DNA of 64,000 nucleotides from Hypanus sabinus (lineage: Eukaryota), in contig NC_082730.1 of the NCBI RefSeq assembly GCF_030144855.1, forward strand, positions 14,818,001 to 14,882,000, given 5' to 3'. The position numbers were made by a program, and so were the translations under genes. The notes beneath the pieces are model-generated. The model made no database searches. It saw only the letters and a program-made list of their open reading frames with translations, and had not been told where the DNA came from. Positions 52,071 to 64,000 of this stretch are shown in pieces; the first letter of the stretch is position 1, and every line of letters begins with the position of its first letter.

Positions 52071-52829
52071 CCCTGGGACCTCATCCTTAATATTTGACTC
52101 CAACATCTTCCCAACCATTGACGTCAGACTAAATAGCCTCTAGTTTGCTTTATTCTGCTTTTCTCCTTTCTTGAAAAGTGGAGTGGCATTCACAATTTTC
52201 CATTCTTCCAGAATCTTTTGATTCTTGAAAGATCATTACTAATGCCTCCACCATCTCTTCTGCCACCTCTTTCAATAGCCTGGCGTGTACACCATCTGGT
52301 CCAGGTTACTTATCGACTTTCAGCCTTTCTGTTACCCAAGTACCTTGTCTCTGGTAATTTTAACTTCACACACTTCATGACCCCTGATATCTGGAATTTC
52401 TACTATACTGTTAGAGTCTTTCACAGTAAAGACTGATGCAAAATATTTATTCAGTTTGGCCACCATTTCCTTGTCCCACATTGTTACCTCTTCAGCATCA
52501 TTTCTTTAATATTATTGGCAAGCTTACATGCATATTCCAACTTCACCTTCTTAATCTCTTTTTTAGTTGCCTTCTATTGGCTTTTAAAAGCTTCCCAATC
52601 CTCTAACTTCCCAAGAATATTTGCTCAATTACAGAGTTTTGGTTTTTATGTTGGCTCGTGCTAGCCACTGTTGTGTCATCTTGTGTCATATAGTATATAT
52701 ATATATCATTCTGCTGATATATTTTCTATTCCTAATATTTAACTCTTCTCACCATTTCCTTCAGTCTTTGGGAATTGTTTAAATGTTTCTACCTTGCTAA
52801 ACTTAACTAAAAACTTATCAGATTGTCAC

Positions 52830-52895
52830 ATAACACACTTCAGTTGAGCCCCAATGTTGTTTTGAACAAACTTCCTGCTGTCTTCTTCCTCATTT
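52830..52895 (+). promoter_or_regulatory. Gene B proximal promoter (ETS-type motifs, E-box-like)
   Basis: acacttcagttg ... aaacttcctg (52868) and cttcttcctcatt (52882), in the same order as in the gene A promoter. Confidence 0.5.
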
Positions 52896-52954
52896 TAATT
52901 TCAGTCATTTCTCTCTGAGGACAGACAGCTCCTGGCTGGGTCTCTGTGAATAAA

Positions 52955-52994
52955 ATGATGTGGAGTTCAATTCTTCTGATTGGTTTCCTACCTG
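52955..52994 (+). CDS. Gene B leader exon
   Basis: ATG ATG TGG AGT TCA ATT CTT CTG ATT GGT TTC CTA CCT G|gtgagt = MMWSSILLIGFLP; phase 1. Confidence 0.87.
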
Positions 52995-53879
52995 GTGAGT
53001 TGCAGACAGCACCAGATATTTGCATAACCGGTATTGGTTTGGGGGTCATACACTGTATCAGCAACAGCGTTTGAATACATGTAGACACTAAAGATGTCAG
53101 AATCTGGAGCTTAGTAGAGCAAATTTCTGGAGGAACTCAACAAACCAAGTAGCACCTGTCAAGGTGAGGGGAAATGTCATTGGTTTGGTTTGAGACCTTG
53201 CATCAAGTGTGAGTGGAGAGGGAAATAGTGTAAAATAGGAGAGGGGGAGGATTGAGACTGAATTCACTCGTTGGTTGGGGACTGACGAGGGGTGAAGCAT
53301 GACAGGTAAATGGAACAGGGAGGAAATGGGGTAAAGTTTCGAGATTGGTGTGAGGTGTGAGGAGAAAAGGGAAAAAGTATAGAGACACCTGGGGGGAGAA
53401 TATATCCAGCTGGAGAAATCTCCTGGAAGCTGTTAAGCAGAAACCTCAGGTCTACCATTGCTGGAATCTGATCTTACTCTGCAGGGATCACTACAACAAT
53501 CAATGTTATTGTCTCAAAATCAGTGTCTTCCCTGGGCAATTTCAGTAGGGCAATTAGTAAGGAATTTTACCAGATCTGGAGTCAAAGGTAAACCAGGGTG
53601 GGTAGGGATGAGAGATTTTTGACTCTAAAGGCCTTTCCGATCCAGATGGGATTTTGACAATCTAGTAATTGATCATTATCATTTTTAAATATTGTTTTTA
53701 ATTCCAGAAGTGTCAAAAATTGTATTTAAACACTCAATGTATCCTTACAGAAATGGAAAGCACACCTGAATTTCTAGACACTAATGTGGTTAATGACCAC
53801 AGTTGCACCACTAGCGCATTGGCCTCAAATGATCCTACTAACTCCCGTCTCACCCCGGAGTCTCCAGAATCATTCACTC

Positions 53880-54090
53880 ACACACACATGAGTATCCCTA
53901 AAGAAATAGCTGGGAATTTTCTCTATATTTAAAAGGCTGACATAATCTGAGATAACTGAAAGTTCAGCACTGCCGCTCTCCCTCAGTACTGCAGTGGAAG
54001 GTCAGCCCTGGATTTCTGCTCAGGACTCTGGAGTGGGAAGTGAACCCACAATGCACTGACACAGGGGAGAGAGCACTGACACAGTAACAG
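53880..54090 (-). mobile_element. LF-SINE-like ancient SINE relic in gene B intron 1
   Basis: ctccctcagtactgca...gtcagcc...ctctggagtggga.gtgaacccaca matches the recalled LF-SINE consensus; equivalent copies at 24810-24990 and 51400-51545. Confidence 0.6.
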
Positions 54091-54233
54091 CACTGACTGC
54101 ACTTCAGACCAAAATCATTGGCTCTGATAACATGGATCACACGCTGGATGTGACCTGGACTGGTTTTCATTATCACGTTTGCAATAAGTTGTTCCTTTCC
54201 CTTCAAATCTGAAAATGTCTCTCTTGGTTTCAG

Positions 54234-54548
54234 TTGTATTGCGGGCAAAGGAATACGTAAAAGGAGTTGTGGGAAGAGCGATCACAATCGATTGTCACTA
54301 TGAAGCAAATTACAGCCTACACACAAAGTATTGGTGCCATAGATGGAGTCAACAATGTTCAGTTTTAGTGGAAACAAATGGGCAACAGGGATGGAGTGGA
54401 CAAGTGTCAATCACAGATAACCCGGAACAGGGAATATTTAATGTTACTATGGAGAAACTTCACTCTGGAGATACAGGATGGTACAGCTGTGGAATTACAA
54501 CACCAGGTGCCAATCTGATGTTTAATGTAAATCTACAAGTATATGATG
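54234..54548 (+). CDS. Gene B Ig V-type exon
   Basis: ggtttcag|TT GTA...GAT G|gtaggt; 315 nt, open; GVVGRAITIDCHY...KYWCHRWSQQC...DTGWYSCG. Confidence 0.92.
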
Positions 54549-54899
54549 GTAGGTTTCTCAGGGATTGACTTTGTGCCTTCAATAAAATAAATATTTCATT
54601 CATTTTTCCTCTGAGAAGTTTTAGTGCATTAGATGTCCTGGTCACTGATGATGTACTTGGTGAATGGGGAAATGCCTACCTTGTGGCTGTGTCAGAAAAA
54701 CAGCAGCCTCCACCTCCTCAAACACAAGCAAGCAGATACTGGAAATCCAAGCAACCCACACAAAATGCTGGAGGAACTCAGTAGGCCAGGCAGCATCTGT
54801 GGAAAAAAGTACAGTCAACATTTCAGACCAAAACCCTTCGGCTGAGTTCCTCTAGGATTTTGTGTTTGTTGCTCTACTTCTCCAAGCTCATGTTCAATG

Positions 54900-56930
54900 C
54901 AGACTACAAAATCTTTGTCCGGATCCTGTCCATCCTCAATATCTCTGCCTTAATATTATTTGTGGTCTTCTGCTGCTGTACCCCATCCAAGTCAAGGTTT
55001 GATTTGTTGTGTGTTCAGATGCTCTTCTCCACACCACTGTTATAACATGTGGTTATTTGAATTCCTGTCATATTTCTGTCAACTTGAACTATAAGGCCAT
55101 AAGACCAGAAGACATAGGAGCAGAAGTAGACCATTCAGCCCATCAATTCTGTCCCACCATTCAACTTCAGCCCAAGAGCTCCCAGATGTTCCTCATACAG
55201 TAATCATTCTTCCGAACCCTCTCCAATGTCAGTATATCCTTTCTAAAATAAGGAGACCAAAACTGCACACAATACTCCAAGTGTGGTCTCATGAGTGCCT
55301 TATAGAGCCTCAACATCACATCCCTGCTCTTATATTCTATATCTCCAGAAATGAATGCCAAAGTTGCATTCGCCTTATTCACAACTGATTCAACCTGGAG
55401 GTTAATCTTTAGGGTATTTTGCACAAGGACTCTCAAGTCCTTTTGCATCTGTGTATTTTGAATTCTCTCTCCATTTAAATAATAGTCTGCCCGTTTATTT
55501 CTTCCACCAATGTGCATGACCATACACATTCCAACATTGTATTTCATTTGCGACTTCTTTACAGATTCCCCTAAACTATCATTTCCTTTCTGCTGCCTCC
55601 CACCCTTCTTAAATAGCAGAGTGACATTTGCAATTTTCCAGTCAACTGGTACAATGCCAAAATCAATCAATTCATGTATGATCATTGTTAATGCCTCGGC
55701 AATCTCTCCAGTTACTTCCTTCAGAACCCAAGGGTGCATTCCACCAGGTCCAGGTAATTTATCCACCCTCAGACCATTAATCTTCCTGAGCACCTTCTCA
55801 GTCATAATTTTCACTACACAAACTTCACTTCCCTGATACTCTGGAATGTCCGGTATACTGCAGAAGTCTACCACCTTGAAGACTGTTTCTTTTCTTTTGA
55901 ACTTACAGTCCTTTAACATCTTGGACTATTTTTACTGTGCCCATAGTCTGTTTTTTTTTATCAATTATGCTATTGTTTGCACTGTTGTAACTATATGTTG
56001 TAATTATGTGGTTTTGTGCAGATCTTGTAGCTTTAGTTTTTTGGTCTTGTTTGTCTGCTGGATTTGGAGCTCCTTTCCGGGGAACGCACTAGAATGGTAG
56101 TGCGATATTAATACACAGCAGCCTGTCCGGACTCTGGATTGGGGATTGCCAAACGTTACGTGGATTTTCTGGTGTAATCTGTTATGTTATTTGATTTTGT
56201 GATATCATTCTGAGGGAACGTTGTCTCATTTTTTAACTGCATTACATTTGTGGTTTCTAAATGACAATAAACTGAATCTGAATCTGAATCTGAAAATACG
56301 CATCCATTTCCTCTGCCATCTTTGCATCTCTCATTATAATATCTCCAGCGTCATTTTGCATTGGTCTTATATCTACCCTTGACTCTCTTTTACCCCTTAT
56401 ATACTTAAAGACCTTTTAGTATCTTCTTTGATGTTAGTCGCCTACTTCCTCTCATAATTCATCTTTTCCTTCCTAATGACCTTCTTAGTTTCCTTCTGCA
56501 AGTTTTTAAAAGTTTCCCAATCCTCTATCTTTTGACTAGCTCTGGCTTCCTTGTATGCCTTCTCTTTTGCTAGTCTGGCCATTCTCCCCATTCCTCTCAT
56601 TAACAATGCATTTTTGTTCACAGATGTTTTTTTTTGTTTTTTTTTAACACCATTCTCTGTAAGCTCCAGAGAAAGTTATGCATGAAAATTTAATGTCAGC
56701 AGGAATCTAACATTAAAACCATACCTCCTGGCACCAACAATCATTCCATAATCAAAGTCACTATGATCACATTTCTTCCCCTATTCTAATGTTTAGCTAG
56801 AACATCAACTGAACTTCTTGACTGTCTGAATGCTTTTATGGACTGAGTTGCTGCCACATGATTGACAAATTGGATGTTTGCTTTATCATGCAAATGAGCA
56901 GGTGTACCTAACAAAGTGGCAGAAGAGTGT
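54900..56930. mobile_element. Nested stack: Tc1-like element interrupted by a minus-strand CR1 (~55085-56580), itself interrupted by a Rex1-tailed repeat (~55870-56290)
   Basis: Tc1-like halves at 54900-55085 and 56590-56930; CR1 RT in ORF 55167..55919 (DKLPGPGGMHPWVLKE, RPHLEYCVQFWSP); (ctgaat)n tail at ~56270. Confidence 0.75.
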
Positions 56931-56981
56931 TTGATTTTCAGATGTTCATTCAGTGTCTGAATGCTTAATTCTTCCCCACAG

Positions 56982-57302
56982 AACCTGTGTCTGTTCCTGT
57001 GCTTCGATATCTGTCACCAGCAAAGGTCTCACATCTTGGTGGCTCATTGAGAGTTTCCTGTGAGTCCTTCTAGGGATCCCTTCCCATTCAGTACAGATGG
57101 TATGAACAAACCTCATCTGGGTATTACAAGATCTCAGACTCCGATGAACTGACTCTGCATTGTCAATCCTTCAACCACCAGCACCATCAATATTACTGCA
57201 GAGTCTCGAATCGGCTTGGAGCAAAATCCAATGCAATGGTTAATGTGACAGTCTTCAACAACAGAGAGATCTGCAGTTATGTGACAGAAATCAATGGCAC
57301 CA
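56982..57302 (+). pseudogene. Gene B Ig C2-like exon with an in-frame nonsense codon
   Basis: cttccccacag|AA CCT...ACC A|gtaagt; 321 nt; homologous to 20928-21245, but CESF*GSLP: TAG at 57071-57073 where gene A has CAG. Confidence 0.9.
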
Positions 57303-57559
57303 GTAAGTTCTAATTTCAAGGGGGAGAGAATACATATAAATATTTCTTTTTGTTACTCTGTTACTGCTGCTCTTATACTTCTAGTAAGGGTAAGGAATTT
57401 CTCTGCATTTGTAGAAGCTACACATTGCAGCCTCCATGGGGTAGAAATAAAGTGAACAGTTTAGTCTGTCACTTCCTCCTGGAAATGTGGAGCATCTGTA
57501 ACACAGTTGGACTTGCACATCCAGACAAGCTGAGAGCATTTCATTCACACTTCTGACTT

Positions 57560-58930
57560 CGGTATTGAAGACACTGGAATGGGTGTTGAGTTGTGAGACA
57601 GTGACATTGCCACAAAAAAATAACAAAAGAAAGGACATATGATATAGCAAAAAGTTGTGTTAAGGTAGAGACTCGGGAAGCTTTTAAAACCCAACAGAAG
57701 GCAACTAGTAAAGCTACAAGGAGAGAAAAGATTAACCATGAGGGGAAACTAGACAATCTTGTAAAAAAAGGTACCAAAAGTTTTTCAGATACATGAAGAG
57801 TAAAAGAGAAGGCGAGAGTTGATGTCAGACCACTGGATAATGACACTGGTGTTTCAGTACTGGGAGGCAAAGAAATTACAAACAATCTTAATAAATATTT
57901 TGCAATATTTGTCACTGAGGAAACCACAAGCAGTATGACAGAAATTCAACAATGACAGGGGCAAAGGTAAGTGTAGTTGCCATTACTAAGGAAAAGGTGC
58001 TTAGAAGAAATTGAAAGGTCTGAATGCAGATAAGTCATTTGGACCAGATGGGTTCTCAAAGAGGTAGCTGAAGAGATTGTTGAGGTAATAGTACTGATCT
58101 TTAAAGAACAACTAGATTCTGGAATGATTTTGGAGGACTGGAACATTGGAAATGTCACTCCACTCTTTCAGAAGGGTGGGAGGCAATAGAAAGGGAATGA
58201 TGGACAGTTAGCCTGACTTCAGTGGCTGGGTGGATGTTCGAATCCATTATTAAGGATGAGGTTTCCGAGTACACGGAGGTCCATTATAAAATATGGTTTC
58301 CTTCAGGGGAAATCTTGCCTGAAAAAATTTGACAAAAAAATAAAACAGGCAGGATAGAGAAAAGAACATCAGTAGATGTTATTTATTTGGATTTTTGGAA
58401 GGCCTTTGACAAGGTGCCACACATGTGACTGTTAAACAAGATTAGAGCCCATGGTACTACAGGAAAAACACTCCTTTGGATAGAAGGTTCACTGACTGGC
58501 AGGAGGCAAAGATTGGGAGTAAAGAGAACCTTCCTGTCTGGCTGTCAATGACTTATGATGTTCTGTGGGGCCTGGTGTTATGACCACATTTTGTCATATT
58601 GTACATCAATGATTTGGATGACGGTTTTAATAACTTTGTGGCCGAGTTTGCAGACAATACAAAGATAGGTAGGGGGACAGATAGTTTTGAGGAAGCATAG
58701 AGACTACAGAAAGACTCAGGCAGGTTAAGAGAATGGCTAAGATGTGATAGTGTAGGGAAGAGTGGTGGAGGCTAAAACATTAGGGGTATTTAAGAGCATC
58801 TTGGACAGACAAATGGATGAAAGGAAAATGCAGGGTTATGGGGTAGTGTGGGTTTAGTACATTTTTTTTAAGGATTATATGGGTCGGCATAACATGGAGG
58901 GCTGAAGGGCCTGTACTGTGCCGTAGTGTA
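57560..58930 (+). mobile_element. CR1 LINE fragment
   Basis: EN-RT linker and RT remnants (KS.GPDG, YLDF.KAFDKVPH, KFADNTK) and 3' tail. Confidence 0.85.
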
Positions 58931-59321
58931 CTATGGTACTTCTATGGTACCAGCCAAAAAACATAGTGGCTGCTGAAATATGAGAAGGGAACCCTTGCAT
59001 CTTTGTGCACACATGAACAAGGCTACTGCTTTTCATGATTACAACAAGGATAATAGATCTTCAAAACATATTTAAAATGATACAGGAATGCCATTTGAAG
59101 CAAGGGATAGGCCCGTGTTCAGCTTTCTACTCTGTGAGGCTTGCCTGTCTCTTTGCCTAACTGAGGCTGTGGACTGCAATTGATGGGCTCCCGAATCGAT
59201 TGCAGAGATGACTGCCTTCGTGGCTATGGAATTTCTGTGAATTTCAGTTCTGAATGTTATTTGTGTACTTTCCTTGTTGACACATTTTGTTTCTTTTGCA
59301 CATTGGGTGTTTGATGGTCCT

Positions 59322-59994
59322 TGTGCTGTCTTTACGACAGTTATTTAGTTTATAATATTTTCGCTTAGTAATTCATTCAATAGTATTTTCTAGTTAGAAT
59401 TAGAAGTGTTTAAAGTATATTCATTGCATGTAAAATATATCGGCATGTGATGACGTCACATCCGGTTTCGCCGCGTCTTGTGGGAAAATACCGGTTTGAA
59501 ATTAGCGCGAGGGTGGGGGCTTACCACGAGGCTCACCTGAGCAGAAGTTGTTTTGCAGGCATGAGAAATCACAGTGAGAGCAACGCTGTAAGTTAATAGA
59601 TAATCGATATATTGAACTAAGATGTTAATGCCGATCCTGTTAGAAGTAACGATGGTAGATAATGTTTATGCTTTCGTTAGTTAAAGAGTCGCGGATAGTT
59701 TGCATGGAAGTGTATTTAAAATAGTCAATGGAGCAGGTAAACTCTCCCTGTATACTGCACCTTAGTGTAATGTAGTTATAGTCACCTTTGCAAGTATTTA
59801 CACTTGAAATGTGATATTAAGGAAGGAACAAATACTGTATCAATCTTGTATTGTTTTATCAACAGTTTTCACCATATGTTAATGTGAAGAGTGAACAGTG
59901 AATGGTTAATCTTACTGCAATCTGGTTCTTATTAACTGTGGTTTATCTCGACGTTAAATTCGGCGTTTCGTGACACGCGAAGGAGAATGTTACA
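59322..59994. mobile_element. Solo LTR, 673 bp
   Basis: TG...ACA ends, 5-bp TSD GTCCT; removing it restores a continuous LINE-tail sequence. Confidence 0.8.
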
Positions 59995-60362
59995 GTCCTT
60001 TTTTAATAAGTTCTATTGGGTTTCTTTGTTTTGTAGCTGCCTGTAAGGTGGCAAACTTCAAGCCTGCAAATAGTATACATACCTTGATAATAAATGTACT
60101 TTAATCTGTGAACTTTGAAATTGAGTGGTATCTGATTGGCGGTGATTCCATAAGCTGTCACATCTATGCAGTGAAATAGAATTCTGAATTTAACCTTCCA
60201 AGAGTTTGGTGCAGTTTAGAGAGGATGTTGCCAAGTCACAGAGTTATAGGTTATGGAAACAGGAGCTTCAGCTCAAGTCGTCCATGCTGACCACAGAGTC
60301 TTCCTGAGCTTCTCCCATTTCCCTACATTTGGTCCATATCCTTCTAGAGCTTTTCTGTGGAT

Positions 60363-61102
60363 CAGTGGTCCCCAACTTTTTTTGGCCATGCCCCACCTAA
60401 TCACCTCTAAAATCCTGATGCCCCCTGTGGTGATATATAATTCTTATTATTCAAAAAGTGAACTCCTATTCACCTGGAGGAAGCCTAAAAGACCATTAAC
60501 TTGGTTTAAACAAGCTTCCAAAGAACATGGCATTCATGAAAGAGAAAAATAAAAGAACCAAAGGACTGTTAAAGTTCTGAGGACGAAATTACTAAGAAAT
60601 TGTAAAAAAATGACCATTAAGTGATATTAAAATAATAATAATAAATAAATAAAACAATGCCGATTCGTTCTACAGCATACAAAGACAGATACACCGTTTA
60701 AAAGAGATGACGCAATGTACACACCTTCACACCACCAAGAACCGAAAGCTACTGCAAAAAGCAGCATTGGCACGACCTCGTGCGAGTTTCTTACGCGTTT
60801 GGACTTGTTCATTTGTTCCTTCCTCCATCAGTCAATTCATTAATTTAATTATGAAAGCCATTTGATGGTTGTAATGATGGTGATACACTATATATACAGT
60901 ACATACGCAATTACACATGTACATACACACAAGTATTTTTATGTATGCATACTGTATATACGCATATGTATTAACTCACACACACACTCATACACAGACT
61001 TACTAGAAAAAAAATCACTGTTAATAACTCATTCTCAAATTGCCCCCCTTAAAAATCAAATTACCCTCCTGTGGGGCGTACGCCCCAAGTTGGGAACCAC
61101 TG
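60363..61102. mobile_element. Non-autonomous hAT-Charlie element inserted in a CR1
   Basis: TIRs CAGTGGTCCCCAAC / GTTGGGAACCACTG; 8-bp TSD ctgtggat/ctgtagat (1 mismatch). Confidence 0.85.
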
Positions 61103-61104
61103 CT

Positions 61105-62620
61105 GTAGATGAATTTGTCCCAATGTATTTTAAATAGTGTATGTGTACCCACTGCTCTGTGTGGAAAACACTGCCCCTCCAAGACTTTCCCCTCTCACAG
61201 GTTATCAACATCCCTACCCTGGAATAAAGACCACGATTATACACTATATTATTGTCCCTCTTAAAACCACCCCACAACTGCCCTAACTTCAGAGAAAAGA
61301 GTCCCAGCCTATTGATAACCCAAACCCTCCAGTCCCAGCAGCATCTTTGTGAATATTTTCTGTACCTTCTCTAATTGAATCACACTCTTCCACTGGAACT
61401 GCACAGGGTAGACAAGGTGAGGTCTGTTCAACATCCTTTATAGTTGTAACAGGCCATTCCAACTGAATGTAATGCCCCATCTAATGAAGGCAAGCATACA
61501 TATGCCTTGTTCACTGCTTTTTCCTGTGTTACCACTTTCAGGGACCTATGTAGTTGCACACCGAGTTCTCTCCTGTGTAAGATGTGCCCTTGTTTAATTT
61601 CCCAAGATACATCACTTCACACTGTCTGGGTTCAATCCCATCACCCATTTTATTGGCCACTTTTCTTATTCAAAGTTCAATTTATTATCAAAGTATACCG
61701 TAAAGATCCTAGAGCCTCATCTTCTTAAATATATCCACAAAACAAAGAAACACAATAGAATCCTCAGCATGGCACACACAACAAAGACTGACAAACATCC
61801 AATGTGCAAAAGAGGATGAATCGTGGAAATAATAAAAATATGTAAACAAATAAGAACAAGAGACACAGAGTCCATGAAAGTGAGTCAGCAGCTACAGAGT
61901 CAGTTCAGTGCTGAGGTGAGTGAAACTAATCCAGGAGCCCTATAGCTGCAGATCACTAAATGCTGACAAACCCAATGGACTATATATTTTTTTTTGTGTG
62001 TGACTGTATTTTACAGTTATTTTGTATGTGCCTTGTGCTGAGTGTGACTGTTGGTCCTGCGTTTCACATCTTCGTCCAGGAGTAATGCTGTTGCATTTTG
62101 TGGGATTTATATATGGTTGAATGACAATTAATCTTGAAGTTAAACTTGAACTGATGGCATGAGTGAGAAGAGAAGGCAACAGATTAAATGCAGGCAGACG
62201 GGACAGGCTCAGATGGAGGGCATCATGTTGGCACGGAGTAACGGGGCTGAACACTGGTTCATGCCACCAACATTATCATTATAAATTATTAATATTGATG
62301 ACAAATAACAGTAGCTAACAAATAACAGCACTGATTCCAATGGCACACCACTGGTGATAAAGTCTGATGTTGTCAGAAAACCAACACTCCACCACCACAA
62401 TCTGACTCCTTCCATCAAGCCTATTCAGTATCCATCCTGCTAGCTTACCATGAGATCTCACTTTGCAGATCAGTCTGCAGTGTGAGACCTTGTCAAAGGC
62501 CTCGCGAAGCTCCACGTGCCAACCTCTGCAGCCCTGTCCTCATCAGTCCCTTTGATCAGCTCTTCAAAAAACCCAGTCAAAAAATTTTGAGTGTATTTAT
62601 CATACAAAAAATCATGTTGA
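61105..62620 (-). mobile_element. CR1 fragments (with an intervening Rex1-type tail)
   Basis: MELREAFDKVSH.RL..KVRSHG; Y.QLEWPV.TIK remnants. Confidence 0.7.
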
Positions 62621-63510
62621 CTATCCCAAATCAGATCCCTGATATATTTAGTTTTTTTTCCACTCCTTTTTTCTCCTTCTCTCTCTGCCCATCACTCTGC
62701 CTGTTCTCCATCTCCATCTTTTGCTCCCCTCCCCCTTTCTTTCTCCCTAGGCCTCCCTTCCCATGAGCCTTTCCCTTCTCTAGCTCTGTATCTCTTTTGC
62801 CAATCACCTTTCTGGCTCTCAGCTTCACCCCACCCCCTCCAGTCTTCTCCTATCATTTTGCATTTTCCCCTCCCTCTCCTACTTTCAAATTTCTTACTAT
62901 CTTCCCCTTCAGTTAGTCCCAAAGAAGGGTCTCGGACCAAAACATCGATAGCACTTCTCCCTATAGATGCTGCCTGGCCTGCTGCATTCCACCAGCATTT
63001 TGTGTGTATCCCAAATTAGATCTTGCCTTTGCAAGTTCAGGGGAATTCTATCTCACACAATCACCTCCAGTAAGTTATCCACCACTGATCTTGTGCTCCC
63101 CTGCCTGGAATAGGACTGGATCAGTAATCTATTGACTCAAAAATATGGAAACACACTGAGACATTAGTGGGCAGATACAAATGATGATCCAATCAAATAA
63201 AAATCATTACTTGTGAAGAGCTGTGAGCACGGGATGAGGGACGATGCTGTTGTCCTTCTCAATCAATGTGGAGTTCAATTGTACCAATTGACAGTGTGAG
63301 CAGATTCCTCAGAACACAGTGACAGCTTTAAATAAAACATCTTTTTATATTATTAATGCATTATCATTTGCTTTTTTGTGCTGCATTGGATCCAGAGTAC
63401 CAATGATTTTGCTCTCCTGTACAGGAAATAACATTAAAAAATGTTGAATCTGCTTGTGTAAATTTGATTTTACCTGTCCATTTTCTGAAGAATTTCTCTC
63501 TTAGTTTCAG

Positions 63511-63825
63511 GTGCTTTATGGGCTGAAGATAAAGTAAGAGGAGTTGTGGGAAGAGCGGTCACAATCGATTGTCACTATGCACCAATGTACCGCTCACACC
63601 AAAAGTATTTCTGCTGCATGTGGGATCGCCAGTGCACATCATTAGTGAATACAAATGGGCAAAGTGAACAGTATGGAAGGATGACAATCAGAGATAACAC
63701 ATCCCAGGGAATATTTACTGTTACTATGGAGAATCTTGTCTCTCAAGATACAGGAGTTTACAGATGTGGAATTGCAACATCTGGCAATCATCCAATGTTT
63801 GATATGCATCTACAAGTATCTGATG
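63511..63825 (+). CDS. Third Ig V-type exon (gene C; remainder beyond the window)
   Basis: ttagtttcag|GT GCT...GAT G|gtaggt; 315 nt, open; GALWAEDKVRGVVGRAVTIDCHY...KYFCCMWDRQC...DTGVYRCG. Confidence 0.92.
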
Positions 63826-64000
63826 GTAGGTTTCCAGTTGTTTGACTGTATGATATCTGATATCAAATGTCTAATCTGTTTTGTCTGGGCAGCAGGAATA
63901 TCCTGAGGCTCCTAAGCGGTGCAGAGGCTGGTGGTGAGTGGGCAGGGGTCTATTAACCCTACTCATGTTGTCCATCCCACTGAGTGGCCAGTGATTTCCA

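Noticed and set aside
55167-55919. Longest ORF (250 aa)
   Set aside because: CR1 reverse-transcriptase fragment fused by internal deletions; not a host gene.
63205-63235. attacttgtgaa resembling the stalk YSCE codons
   Set aside because: No acceptor upstream, stop two codons later, and no further alignment.
1-64000. RAG-type RSS, D/J segments or CRISPR-like arrays near the V exons
   Set aside because: Each V exon ends in a normal GT donor with its G strand included, and I saw no heptamer-spacer-nonamer or repeat-spacer array; these are non-rearranging receptors in eukaryotic DNA.

Overview
Vertebrate genomic DNA, most likely a cartilaginous fish, probably a ray (inferred from HE1-type SINEs, the repeat landscape and the receptor type). 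It is dense in decayed transposons. Hidden among them is a cluster of CD300/pIgR-related V+C2 immunoglobulin receptors resembling the MDIR family known from skate, reconstructed here by hand from splice sites and exon phases. (i) Gene 0 (+): the 3' half (stalk, uncharged TM, tail with ITIM and ITSM) of an inhibitory receptor whose 5' exons lie left of the window. (ii) Gene A (-): a complete 268-aa leader-V-C2-stalk-TM receptor with Lys/Arg in the TM and no tail (activating type), lying tail-to-tail with gene 0. (iii) Two back-to-back decapitated relics: an activating TM/3' flank at ~35-37.5 kb (-) and an inhibitory tail at ~46.8-47.5 kb (+), separated only by transposons. (iv) Gene B (+): leader and V exon intact, a nonsense codon in C2, and no stalk/TM exon found. 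(v) A further intact V exon at 63.5 kb with no convincing leader of its own. Mobile elements include CR1, Rex1/Babar, RTE, Tx1, Nimb/I and Penelope-like retroelements, a chromodomain Ty3/gypsy fragment, three solo LTRs with TSDs, hAT-Charlie, Tc1, and an inverted pair of Harbinger MITEs. Repeat boundaries are approximate and family names come from recalled motifs, not from a database search.
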